Below, one piece after another: positions 25,579 through 34,752 of a DNA stretch of 41,238 nucleotides. The DNA lies in IMG/VR virus record IMGVR_UViG_3300032295_002044, positions 1 to 41,238 of that record; one strand, given 5' to 3'. Source of the stretch: a virus (taxonomy: Duplodnaviria; Caudoviricetes). Below the pieces are notes generated by a model that worked only from the letters and a program-made list of their open reading frames with translations, did not search any database and was not told where the DNA came from. The position numbers and the translations under genes are program-made. Within the stretch, counting starts at the first letter, position 1. The number at the start of each line of letters is the position of its first letter.

Positions 25579-25780
25579 CCGTAATGGCTGCATCGTACGC
25601 CGCTGGGGGAAGTAGGCCAAGGCTCACGCATTACCTTGGCTGTCTGGGATTACGAGGCGTGGGGGAAGATAGCCTACCCAGACTGAGCGGGTCAGTTGGT
25701 CCCGGAGCAAAGGCAACATAGTGTGCATCGAAGCCCGGAGCAACACAAAACTTTGCGGCTAACGGTGAGGCTAACCGTTG

Positions 25781-27496
25781 TCAGAAATTGTAGACCTCAT
25801 CGAAACCCTTCAGCCACAGCTTGTCGTCCTGCGTCTCGCCCTGGGTTTCTGAGAACAGACCGGTCGCCTTGTCATAGTAGAGATTGGCTTCACCAAGCTG
25901 CCCCTGCCAGGAGAACCGGCACTTCCAAACATGGAAGATGGTCTGATCCATCTTGCGCTGGATGGTAAGGCCGAAGTCCGCACGATTGTAGTAGTGGGCA
26001 GAACCAGAGATGGAGTAGCCGGTCGGAACCCAGTCAGCCGTAACATTCATGGGCTTGGCAGGGTGGGCGATCAAGAAGAAGGTAACTTCTGCCCGTGCTG
26101 CGAACGTCTTAAACTGGGACAGCATCTCGTTAACACTTTCCGTATCAACGCCGCCGTCTTTTTTCTGACTGAGCTTGATGAAGTTCACGGGGTCAACGAC
26201 TACGGCCTTCACACCATCCCGGCGAACCGCGGCCTCGAACCGTTCGATCAAGCTCTCGACCGTGGGCATGACGCCTTCGTTGGTGAGGAAGGTCAGATGC
26301 TCATTCACCCAGCCAAGGGCTTCAAGCATCTCGTCCTCAGTCATCCGGGGCGTCGGCCCATCTCCGAAGGGCTTCCCTGCCCGGAGAGAGATGAGCTTGG
26401 CAAGGTGCAGTTCGGGCGGGTTCTCAAAGCTGGCATAGGCGACACGCCAGTTATAGCGAGCCATCGCGCTGACCAGCATGTTGTCGATGATCTGGGATTT
26501 ACCTGAGCCGGGCGTGCCCGTGACGATGACGAGGCTGCCAGGGTTCAGCGTGAACAGTTCATCCACGTTAGACCAGCCGGTGCTGGCGCCACGGGGCAGG
26601 CCCTCTCGATACAGGGTCTGCACCTTGTCCATGAAGTCAGCCGGTGAGGCCAAGCCTTCGACCGGCCAGCGTGCTGCATCAGCCTTGCACTTGGCAAGCG
26701 CGTCCTTGCCTGCCTTCAGCAGAACGTCATTGGCGTCCTTGCTGCCATGAGGGAAGGAGACGCGCCAGCACTTGAGCTTGCCGATACGGCGAGCCAGTTC
26801 CTGAGCGGTGGTCTCGCCCGGCCCGTCCATGTCCACAGCCAGGAAGACGTTGGGCGCTGCCTTGATCAGTTCGTCATGATGCGACAGCCATTTCAGACGG
26901 GCAGTATCGTCGGCGGCGCCTTCGGACAGAGCCCCGGACGGGATGGACAGGGCAGGGATGCCTGCCTCCCAGAAGGACAGGGCGTCGATCTCACCTTCGG
27001 TGATGACGATATCCTGCCCCGGCTCAAGCTTGTCGGCCAGGAACAGGGTCTGTGCGCTGCCGTCCTGGGTAAACTCTTTGGTGGAGATGGACCGCCACTT
27101 GATTGCCGTCACCCTGCCTTGATGCCGGTAGGGGAATCCGATGGCGTCCAACTCGGTCGCGGACTTCTTGAAGAACCTAGTCCCTGAGCAAACGCCGAGA
27201 GACTTAGCTGTCTCCTCGGAGATGCCCCGTTCCTTCAGGTAGTCGAGGCCGCCGAAGTCTACCTCTTCGGCTGAGTAGGTCTTGATGGGAACAACTGTGG
27301 TCACCTTACCGCCTCTTCCCATCGAACCGTTGACGCCGCAGTGGTGGCAATTCCAGAGAATGCCTGCCGCATCCTGCTTGATGGAGAGAGTAGGATCATT
27401 CTTGGTTTTCCTGTCCGGTCCACAGGCAGGGCAGGCTACCCGAGTCTGTCCATCCTTAGCCTTTGCCAGGATGTATTCTTTTTCAATGGCTTGCAT
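25781..27496 (-). CDS. Bifunctional primase-helicase (T7 gp4 / Twinkle-like)
   Basis: From MQAIEK: Zn finger CPAC...CHHC, TOPRIM ITEGEIDA...DMDGPG...KDAND, Walker A GTPGSGKS, VVVDP, AHPAK, ISGSA. Confidence 0.92.
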   Translation of the reverse strand: MQAIEKEYILAKAKDGQTRVACPACGPDRKTKNDPTLSIKQDAAGILWNCHHCGVNGSMGRGGKVTTVVPIKTYSAEEVDFGGLDYLKERGISEETAKSLGVCSGTRFFKKSATELDAIGFPYRHQGRVTAIKWRSISTKEFTQDGSAQTLFLADKLEPGQDIVITEGEIDALSFWEAGIPALSIPSGALSEGAADDTARLKWLSHHDELIKAAPNVFLAVDMDGPGETTAQELARRIGKLKCWRVSFPHGSKDANDVLLKAGKDALAKCKADAARWPVEGLASPADFMDKVQTLYREGLPRGASTGWSNVDELFTLNPGSLVIVTGTPGSGKSQIIDNMLVSAMARYNWRVAYASFENPPELHLAKLISLRAGKPFGDGPTPRMTEDEMLEALGWVNEHLTFLTNEGVMPTVESLIERFEAAVRRDGVKAVVVDPVNFIKLSQKKDGGVDTESVNEMLSQFKTFAARAEVTFFLIAHPAKPMNVTADWVPTGYSISGSAHYYNRADFGLTIQRKMDQTIFHVWKCRFSWQGQLGEANLYYDKATGLFSETQGETQDDKLWLKGFDEVYNF

Positions 27497-28242
27497 CTTC
27501 TTCCCCCGAAGGACGATCAGCCTACACCAAGAGCTACACCAAGACAAGATGTTTTAGATGGCTAAGACTACACTAGATATAGCTACAAGCTAACCTAAGA
27601 GACGCAACATATCGTTGGAGCGATATGTTGCGGCATAGCTTGCAGCCTAAGCTACCAGCCTATGACTGTGTGCCTGTACCTACCTGTTCTGCTGGGTTGA
27701 GGTAGCTTGAGGACAAAGTTCCCCCTTTGCAGGGGGAAACCTGTTCCGCCGGTTCCGTCTATCGGTAAGCCGTCGTCAATCTGCATCGTGCCTTTATCAG
27801 CCGGGGACATCCTGTGAGGGCGGCATCAGCACGGAGTTCTGCCTTGCGGCAATGTCGGTCAACGCGAGGCCATGCAGACAACCATCGCGCTTCGTTCGGG
27901 ACTTTCACCCGCCTTTCCACCGGACATACTTCCGGCTTCATTGTAGTGCGCCATGCCCTTGGCTATCGCGTTGCCTGCCCGGTCCCTATGGCCGACAGGT
28001 CGCCCCACACAGGGTGGGTGGCTATGAAAGCCCTTGACGCAGCCGGGTATGGTGGGGGATAGACGCACATAGGCGCTTGTCGCCCACCCTGGTGCTGTCA
28101 GGGTGCATTTGAGGGGGCTGCCTGCCAGGGCGGCCCCTTCTGCTTTTGTATAGCCATCACGCCCGACCGGACGCAAGCCCTTTGATCGGGAGCCGTGCGG
28201 CCAGGGGTTGCGCAATTAGCCCCCTGTATTTGCGCAATCGCT

Positions 28243-28602
28243 TTATGCCAGGGCGAAAAGCGCCAGCACCGCAGCGCACAGGGTCACGGTCAGCGCCAGC
28301 GTGATCTTGTCCACGGTGAAGGTGGACCGGCGTTCGTAAAGCTGGCGGCTGGTGATGGCCTTGCCATCGAGGAAGCTGAGGTTGATGAGCTTGTCTTTCT
28401 TGCGGGTCCAGACGCCGCTGCTGCCCTCGACATACTGAAAGTTATTTTCAGCCAGCCAGACAGCCGCCTGTCTGGGGCTGGTGAAGGCGGCGACAGGGTT
28501 GCCCTGTAGGTCGTCCAACTCAATGAACAGGTCGTTATGCGGTGCGTTCTGCGTCAGCCGGTGCTTGATCTGCACCTCAACCGCGTCGGTTCCAATCATC
28601 AT
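28243..28602 (-). CDS. Hypothetical protein with C-terminal membrane anchor
   Basis: 119 aa from MMIGTD; SD GGGAGAG; hydrophobic tail. Confidence 0.5.
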   Translation of the reverse strand: MMIGTDAVEVQIKHRLTQNAPHNDLFIELDDLQGNPVAAFTSPRQAAVWLAENNFQYVEGSSGVWTRKKDKLINLSFLDGKAITSRQLYERRSTFTVDKITLALTVTLCAAVLALFALA

Positions 28603-28799
28603 TGTCTGTCTCTCCCTAGTGTTGGGTTTGTCTGGATTCGGATGTCCATGTTCTGCCAGGACCAACACTCGCCCGTGTCATCCTGAAAGCATACCCAGAT
28701 GAGGTGATGCTCCTGGCTGTAGTCGATGAGGACGTGCGCCCATGCCTTCCCCTTCGGCGTGATGACTGGGATCGGAGGGTCCAGGCGCAACATGCTCAT
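28599..28799 (-). CDS. Conserved phage hypothetical protein
   Basis: L.PPIPV.TPKG...A...IDYS.EH.L.WV.F...TGECW...N.DIR...N.T.GR. Confidence 0.7.
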   Translation of the reverse strand: MSMLRLDPPIPVITPKGKAWAHVLIDYSQEHHLIWVCFQDDTGECWSWQNMDIRIQTNPTLGRDRQ

Positions 28800-28984
28800 G
28801 CCGCTTCACCCTGCTGAGAATTACGGAAGGCCCGGATCAAAGCCTCTGCCAGTTGCAAGGCAAGGTCGGGCGCCAGCACAACGCGCCGGTCGTCCTCGTA
28901 CTTTTCCCCATGCAGGGCCACGACGATCTCGCCATCCCGGACGTAGGCGAATACCTCTTTCATCGGGGGCAGAAGGGCGCTCAT
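28796..28984 (-). CDS. Hypothetical protein
   Basis: From MSALLPP, 62 aa; ATGA overlaps. Confidence 0.5.
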   Translation of the reverse strand: MSALLPPMKEVFAYVRDGEIVVALHGEKYEDDRRVVLAPDLALQLAEALIRAFRNSQQGEAA

Positions 28985-29343
28985 TGGTCGTCCCCCTTGA
29001 GTTTGGCGCGAGCCTCGTAGTCTCGTCGCCACTTCACCAGCAGGCTGCTATCGGGAACATCATCGTCGTCCACATCGCCGGGTCGGCCATACTCCCAGCC
29101 CCAATACGAACGACACGCAGTGTCTGCTATCAGCAGGGCATTCCTCAGCCGGTCACGTTCGGCACACAAGGCCGCATATTCTTCGTTCGGGATCACGACG
29201 CCGCCTTGAAGCGCGCGACCCTGTGATGCGCTGTAGTTTTTCCAATGGTCGCGCTCGGCTCGCAGCCGCTCGATCTCGTCGGCAGCTTCCTCGTGGAGAA
29301 AATCTGCGTTGATCAGCCGCAGTCGGTCCACGATATCAGTCAC
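28981..29343 (-). CDS. Hypothetical protein, DIVDRLR family
   Basis: MTDIVDRLR...EAADEIERLRAE. Confidence 0.6.
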   Translation of the reverse strand: MTDIVDRLRLINADFLHEEAADEIERLRAERDHWKNYSASQGRALQGGVVIPNEEYAALCAERDRLRNALLIADTACRSYWGWEYGRPGDVDDDDVPDSSLLVKWRRDYEARAKLKGDDQ

Positions 29344-29623
29344 GGTCTGATTCCTTGAGTGCGATGCGCGCGATGTTCTGCAACTCTCCGGAAAAGCTGG
29401 CCCACTTCATCGCGTATATCTGCATCGGCCAGTCTGGGCCTTCTCCGTTGTCGTCTAGCGGTATCTGTGGGCCACCCTCAGCGATCTCCCGGAGCGCATT
29501 CCTCAGTCGCTCGATCTCGTTAGCGGCTTCTTGGATTAAGTCGTCTGCATTGGCTTCAGCGCCACTCATCCCCCCACCGTACGGCTCCCACCAACGACGC
29601 AGCCGGGGCACGATATCGGTCAT
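29336..29623 (-). CDS. Hypothetical protein, DIVDRLR family
   Basis: MTDIVPRLR...EAANEIERLRNALREIA. Confidence 0.6.
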   Translation of the reverse strand: MTDIVPRLRRWWEPYGGGMSGAEANADDLIQEAANEIERLRNALREIAEGGPQIPLDDNGEGPDWPMQIYAMKWASFSGELQNIARIALKESDRD

Positions 29624-29934
29624 TGCACGCTGCCCCTGGCCTTGGCTTCCATCGCCTCGGCCATTGCTTCCTGTTCCTGCTCCTCCACCAAGTCTTGATG
29701 CATCACGCGGATGCCCTTGATAGCTGTCTCAATCGCGTCCTTGTGCTGCCCCGGACGCGAATGCTTGAAGCTCAATTCAGTCAGCGCCAGGGATACGGCG
29801 GCGATGAGGATACGGGGCTCGGCCTTGTTCTTGATCGCCATGAACTCGGCAAAGTCTTCGATGGCCTCGGTCATATGGCGCACGAGGCCAATGGTGTTCT
29901 CGTCTATGTCGCTCATGTCGTCCCCCCAACTCAC
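29620..29934 (-). CDS. Hypothetical helical protein (paralog of 29931-30221)
   Basis: Aligns by eye with the upstream gene; start may be 29916. Confidence 0.55.
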   Translation of the reverse strand: MSWGDDMSDIDENTIGLVRHMTEAIEDFAEFMAIKNKAEPRILIAAVSLALTELSFKHSRPGQHKDAIETAIKGIRVMHQDLVEEQEQEAMAEAMEAKARGSVQ

Positions 29935-30221
29935 TGAATTGCGCCCTGCTTGCGTGCCTCGTCTGCCTCGGCAGCGGCCTGCCTACGGATGTTCTCCTTC
30001 ATGTCCTCATGAACGGCACGGATGCCCTCGATCAAACGCTCCAGGGAATCGGCTTCGTGCCCCGTCTTTGTGTATTCGGCGTTCAGTTTCCCAACCGCCA
30101 GGACAAGAGCCGCCAGCATGGTCGAGGGCTTGGCGTCATGGGCCAAAGCCATAGCGACGGCCATGTCTGCCAGCATCTCGCCCATTGAGATGATAAGGTC
30201 CACGTTATCTTCGTCGTCCAT
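29931..30221 (-). CDS. Hypothetical helical protein (paralog of 29620-29934)
   Basis: 96 aa; SD GGGAGAG. Confidence 0.55.
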   Translation of the reverse strand: MDDEDNVDLIISMGEMLADMAVAMALAHDAKPSTMLAALVLAVGKLNAEYTKTGHEADSLERLIEGIRAVHEDMKENIRRQAAAEADEARKQGAIQ

Positions 30222-30317
30222 TGTGTCTCTCCCTTGTCTTTTATGGTGTGAGGATTAGCACGAATGCCAGCACCATTGCCAGCACAAAGCACACATTCGT
30301 AAGGTGTTCAGCGCGCA

Positions 30318-30644
30318 TCAGTATTCCTCCGGGAGCAGGATGGTGGTGCTGCTACGGTCGGCCTCGGTGATGATCCACAGATCACAACGCTCGTCGGCCT
30401 TGGCTCGCACGCGGAAGGCAGAGAACACGCGGCTGCCTCCTTCCATTGCGGCACGGAGGTTGGCCGCTGCGTCCTCCTCGTCCATGTCGGTCCAGTCCAG
30501 GGCAAGATGCCGCTCCAGGGCGCGCTTCACCTCCCAGGGCTTGAACCTTTCCACGACGCCGGGCGTGACGAGGATCGGCCCCTCCTCCACCTCGGCGGCG
30601 AACTCATTCCGGGCTGGTGCTTTCAGCATGGGGTTGCTCCTCAA
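30318..30644 (-). CDS. Conserved plasmid/phage protein (TPGV...TEADRSSTTILLPEEY family)
   Basis: VTPGV...L.RH...DW.D...ED...N..A...G.R..S.F...LWIITEADRSSTTILLPEEY. Confidence 0.75.
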   Translation of the reverse strand: MRSNPMLKAPARNEFAAEVEEGPILVTPGVVERFKPWEVKRALERHLALDWTDMDEEDAAANLRAAMEGGSRVFSAFRVRAKADERCDLWIITEADRSSTTILLPEEY

Positions 30645-30865
30645 ACTCTGGCGTTTCGGGCAGCACTAAGGGCAAGGTCGGCCATCGCCTCGACGGCCTC
30701 ACTGAAGGTGAGGTCTTTGTTCTGCCGCTGGTTGGGGAAGTCCCCGATCAGGATCAGGGCAGCGAGCAGGCGATTGCTTTGCCATTTCCAGTCCTCCACC
30801 TCCTTCTCCAAATCCTCAGCCTTGAGTTTGTAGTATTCGGACAGAGGCTCCATGTTTCCAGACAT
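30641..30865 (-). CDS. Hypothetical coiled-coil protein
   Basis: From MSGNMEP, 74 aa. Confidence 0.45.
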   Translation of the reverse strand: MSGNMEPLSEYYKLKAEDLEKEVEDWKWQSNRLLAALILIGDFPNQRQNKDLTFSEAVEAMADLALSAARNARV

Positions 30866-30945
30866 GACGTTTCCTTTCCAGACAGAAGGCCGGGCCTTCC
30901 CTATGCGCCACCCCGGAGGGTGGCGCGGATGGGAGGGTCTGTCCT

Positions 30946-31248
30946 TTACTTGCGGCGCCCCTTGCCGCGACCGGGCCAAAGCTGAACCAAGCGCAAGTCG
31001 GCGGGTTCTGCCCTTCGGTGGATGAGGTTCCAGTCACTGAGCTTATCGGCGGCGCGCGTCACGGCAGGCTTCGGCACGTTCATGACGTGAGCGATGGCAC
31101 CAACGGTGCAGCCGGGGTTGTGTTCGATCATTCGCAGGATCGCGGCCTGCCTGCATGTCAGTTGGTCGGCGTGCGCCCATCGCATGAGGGGCAGAACGTC
31201 CTCCGGTACGGTGATCTTGATGGACTGCTCAATGGCAGGCTTGGTCAT
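30946..31248 (-). CDS. MarR-family winged-HTH regulator
   Basis: LT.RQ.AIL..I...PG.TVG.IA..MNV.KPAVTRA.D.L....LI.R.....D.R.V. Confidence 0.85.
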   Translation of the reverse strand: MTKPAIEQSIKITVPEDVLPLMRWAHADQLTCRQAAILRMIEHNPGCTVGAIAHVMNVPKPAVTRAADKLSDWNLIHRRAEPADLRLVQLWPGRGKGRRK

Positions 31249-31302
31249 AGTTCTATCCTTTCGGTCTGTTGTGGGTGCAGTCTATCGGTGCGCTGGTGCG
31301 TG

Positions 31303-31695
31303 TCAATGGTTATCCGTTGCTGGTGCGACAAGGGTGTTGCTCACAAGCATGTCATTGGCAGGCGGCTTCGGCTTGTTGCCCTTGGCCCTGGCGACCAGGG
31401 CATTGATGCCTGCCGCCTCGGCAGGGGTAGGGGTAGGGGCGCCGTCCATGAGGGTGGCGACAGGCACGCCGTCCATGTCCTTCATCTTCACGGTCGGGCG
31501 GTAGGTTTCCTGCCCGGAGCGGATGCAATCCAGAAGGTAGGCGGTGATGGTATCGGTTGCGGCCTTGGCATTGGGCGCCTCGACGCATAGCCCCTGGCGC
31601 TTGCGCGTCCCGTCCTGGGCGATGGCGGCTTGCTGCTCGGCCAGGGTGGTGCGCGAGGGCTGGCTAATGTTGTCGAGGGGGCAGAAGAAAAGCAT
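31303..31695 (-). CDS. Hypothetical early protein
   Basis: 130 aa; SD AAGGA. Confidence 0.55.
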   Translation of the reverse strand: MLFFCPLDNISQPSRTTLAEQQAAIAQDGTRKRQGLCVEAPNAKAATDTITAYLLDCIRSGQETYRPTVKMKDMDGVPVATLMDGAPTPTPAEAAGINALVARAKGNKPKPPANDMLVSNTLVAPATDNH

Positions 31696-31729
31696 GGTCT
31701 AGTATCCTTTGCGTCGTCTGATTGTTCCG

Positions 31730-31756
31730 GAAGGAAGGGGCGTTAGCCCCCTCCCC
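31730..31756 (-). terminator. Hairpin after the vWA-like gene (possible terminator or processing site)
   Basis: - strand GGGGAGGGGGC-TAAC-GCCCCTTCCTTCC; no strong U-tract. Confidence 0.35.
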
Positions 31757-32680
31757 TTATTCCAGACCGGGGCAACCCTGCTTGATGAGGGATGCCAGCA
31801 CGTAGTCGAAAGCCTTCATAGGATCGACGCCGCATTCGCTGGCGACGTTCTTGTTGGCGGGCAGCGTGTAGGTGCCGGGCGGCATCTCCAATTCCCCGAA
31901 GTCCGACGCATAGCCCTGTCCATATTCAGTGGCCTTGCGGAAATCCGGATGGATGGAGGCGATGGCGAAAGACAGGCGCCGCAGGGCAGAGGGATGACCC
32001 AGGCCAAAGGCCATGCGAGCGAGGTCCATCCCATCCTCGGCTGCCTTGAGGCGGGCGAACATATCCGCGACGTATCCCTTCTGCCCCCCGGTATCGCTGG
32101 AGCATCGCCGCCCGGCGATAACCTCCACCCGATAGCCTGCGTCCTCCAGCCGGTCGCAGATGGCAGCAGCAGCCACGGCGCTGCACTCAAAGACCTTTGA
32201 GTTAACGTGCGCCGGGGTGGACCAGTTGGCGATCAGGGTGATGATGGGCTGTCTGTTACTCGCCGCCGTGCCGACAGTCCGCATATGCATGGGGTCGCCC
32301 GACAGGTATCGGGGTACGCTCGGCACCGCCCCGGCCACGCTCCACTTGACCAGTGCCTTGCGGACGGGGCGCGCCGTCTTGATCTTGTCCAGCAGGGGTC
32401 GGGCGCGCTCGGCGCCTTCCTCCCATCCGTCTCGGGCGTATTTCAGCGCCTCGACCATGTTCCTCGTGCCGCAGAACTCTTTGCTGCCCGACCATGCCGA
32501 CCCGCAGTGCCGGTCCCCGCGAGGATCATTCGGGGGCACGTAGTCCATCAGTTCTGCCATCGTGTCGAAGTGAATGGACGCGATGCTTTTCGCTGCCTTG
32601 TGGAAGGCAGGGAGGTAGGGCGCAAATTGCGCCCGGTTTGGGTCGGTCGGGAGGGATCGAAGGTCACGCATGTCTGTCAT
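31757..32680 (-). CDS. vWA-like partner of MoxR AAA ATPase
   Basis: GT....EA...A..GW.EG, G..P.VPRYL.G.P..M, D.LE.AGYRVEV, HPS.LRRL.F motifs; coupled to the AAA gene. Confidence 0.65.
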   Translation of the reverse strand: MTDMRDLRSLPTDPNRAQFAPYLPAFHKAAKSIASIHFDTMAELMDYVPPNDPRGDRHCGSAWSGSKEFCGTRNMVEALKYARDGWEEGAERARPLLDKIKTARPVRKALVKWSVAGAVPSVPRYLSGDPMHMRTVGTAASNRQPIITLIANWSTPAHVNSKVFECSAVAAAAICDRLEDAGYRVEVIAGRRCSSDTGGQKGYVADMFARLKAAEDGMDLARMAFGLGHPSALRRLSFAIASIHPDFRKATEYGQGYASDFGELEMPPGTYTLPANKNVASECGVDPMKAFDYVLASLIKQGCPGLE

Positions 32681-34047
32681 TCCGCTGCGAGGATCACGCG
32701 CGCCGCCTGGGCACGTCGCGTCACGTTGTCGGGGATATCCGCGAGAATGCGGTTGCGCTGCTCGGCATCCAGGCCCTTCCAGATTGCCCCCTCAGCCACG
32801 AGATCGAAGGGCAGGCCAACCCGTCGCAGGGCAGCGCCGCCCATGCTGGCGCGAGGGCTGATGATGTGGCGGATTTTGTGCTTCCAGGCAGAGGCACGCG
32901 CCGCCTGGACGTAGGCCACCCATGCATCGTCACCGGCAAGGGCGCGCTCCAGCACCTCATCATAATCCCAGTTCAGGGTAACGGTGCGGTCAGTGGTCGC
33001 GCCGTCCAGTTGGTTCGCGCCGACGTAGAGGCGGTCAGCGCCGCGTCCGTAGGTGTTGGCTGCCACCAGGGGGACGAAGTCCGCATGGCGCCGCACCGGC
33101 TCAACCCGGTCGGGGAAGGTCATGAACCCATTCGCGAGGGCAGAATTGAGCGCCAGCGGAACGCTAGGGTCCGACCGATCCAGTTCGTCCATGAGATACA
33201 GACCGCCATGCTCGAACGCTTGGCGGAACGCGGTGGAATGATACTTACCGGGGCCATCTTCATACCCGGTCAACTTGTGTTCGCCGGTCAAGGCGCCGTC
33301 TGAATAGAAAGGCAGGCCAAGCGCAACCGCCACTTGCTCGCAGGCTTTGGTCTTGCCGCCACCAGCCGGGCCGACCACCATTGGCATCTGTCCACCCGGC
33401 TCGCGGCTTGCGACAGTCATCGCCACCAGGGTGTCAAACATGCAATGCCTCGGGGCAGCAGGCATTTCCTTGATGCGCCCGGCCACCTCAATCCGCAGGA
33501 CACGGGGCGCGCCGTTGACGATGGAGCGCGCTTCTTCCAGTAGATCGGCAAGGTCCGTCCGGGCCTTGTCGGCGGCGTCGTTCACGGCGGCGGTGACAGT
33601 GTCGCCCATGCGGCGGCTGACAATCTCCACCACCGCGTTTTCATCCAGCGGCTGCGTCTCGGGCGCCAGGATATCGGCCAGGGCCTTAAGCTTGCGCTCG
33701 TAATCGGATGTCATCGTTTGGTTCTCCTCGGTTTTGATGGGTGACGGGTCGAAGGTTGCGGGAGGGGCGAACGGCGGGGCAGGCGCCGGGGTAGGGGTAG
33801 GGGTGCCATCCTTCAGTGCTGCCAGGGTGGCGCCGGTCAGGTCATGCCATGCGGCAGTCATCTGCCCGAGACTGAACAGCACCGCCCTTTCAGAGGGGAT
33901 ACCGGACGCGGTTAGCCAGTAGCGGACCAACGCCCGGTTGGCGCTGGTGACCGGCACGCCGGACCCCCGGATGGGGGCGCCCTTGCTTACCGCCCATCGC
34001 TCGGCGGCTTCGGAGGTCACAAACTTGGATTTACGGGGCATCTCCAT
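32677..34047 (-). CDS. MoxR/CbbQ-like AAA+ ATPase
   Basis: Walker A GPAGGGKT, AFEHGG, Walker B LMDELD, LN.ALANG, AANTYGRGA...YVG.NQLD.AT.DR, ISPRAS; start at MEMPRK with SD GAGGAG. Confidence 0.88.
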   Translation of the reverse strand: MEMPRKSKFVTSEAAERWAVSKGAPIRGSGVPVTSANRALVRYWLTASGIPSERAVLFSLGQMTAAWHDLTGATLAALKDGTPTPTPAPAPPFAPPATFDPSPIKTEENQTMTSDYERKLKALADILAPETQPLDENAVVEIVSRRMGDTVTAAVNDAADKARTDLADLLEEARSIVNGAPRVLRIEVAGRIKEMPAAPRHCMFDTLVAMTVASREPGGQMPMVVGPAGGGKTKACEQVAVALGLPFYSDGALTGEHKLTGYEDGPGKYHSTAFRQAFEHGGLYLMDELDRSDPSVPLALNSALANGFMTFPDRVEPVRRHADFVPLVAANTYGRGADRLYVGANQLDGATTDRTVTLNWDYDEVLERALAGDDAWVAYVQAARASAWKHKIRHIISPRASMGGAALRRVGLPFDLVAEGAIWKGLDAEQRNRILADIPDNVTRRAQAARVILAAE

Positions 34048-34124
34048 GCTCCTCTGGGGTTGAAAGTGTCGGCGCCTCTGGCGTCCGGGAAACCCGCCGC
34101 ACAAGGCAGCGGGAAGCCGGGGCG

Positions 34125-34469
34125 TCAGTCTGGGAAAGCCTCGGCATAAATCTCATCAAACAGGGGGGAGGATGTATGGTCCCAAACTATTTCGGACCCA
34201 TCGTCGTTATTCGCCCACAGAAGGTGGAAAGCCCCCGGCGTTTTCCCGTTGGTGCCCCAAACTTGCAGCACGTTTTCCTCTGTGGAGCCTAGCACTGCCA
34301 GGATCAGTGCTTCTTCTCGGGAGGGTTGGGGCAGCATATCCTCCCCGCCGTCGTTCACTTGGATGGACAAGCCCCGGCTTATGATAGCCCGCACTAGACG
34401 GGACGCGGCGGCATGTTCCCCGCTGGTGATGTAGCCGCAGCCAGGGGCAAACTTGATCAAGGGTTGCAT
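34125..34469 (-). CDS. Hypothetical early protein
   Basis: From MQPLIKF (SD GGAGAG); G.SI.V.DG.E motif. Confidence 0.55.
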   Translation of the reverse strand: MQPLIKFAPGCGYITSGEHAAASRLVRAIISRGLSIQVNDGGEDMLPQPSREEALILAVLGSTEENVLQVWGTNGKTPGAFHLLWANNDDGSEIVWDHTSSPLFDEIYAEAFPD

Positions 34470-34482
34470 GTTGTCTCTCCGA

Positions 34483-34674
34483 TCAGATGATTGCGACCAA
34501 TTCACTGGGGGGCAGAATCAAAGATGCGTGCGGATAATCCCAGGGCTTGTAGGCGCATCGCAGTATTAGGTTCCCCATGCTGTTGTCGCCGATATCGATG
34601 ACATGCAGGGGCGGTAGGTGCCCATTGTGCAGGATATCGCCCTCTTTGATCATGTCGGCGCGCTTGTGTCGCAT
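34483..34674 (-). CDS. Hypothetical early protein
   Basis: 63 aa; SD GGAGA. Confidence 0.45.
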   Translation of the reverse strand: MRHKRADMIKEGDILHNGHLPPLHVIDIGDNSMGNLILRCAYKPWDYPHASLILPPSELVAII

Positions 34675-34752
34675 TGTGTGTCTCCGTGCGGTGCATCCGC
34701 GACCATCGCCCGGCTTGCGCCGGGCTAGGTTTCGGCCCCTGCCAGGGCCTCT

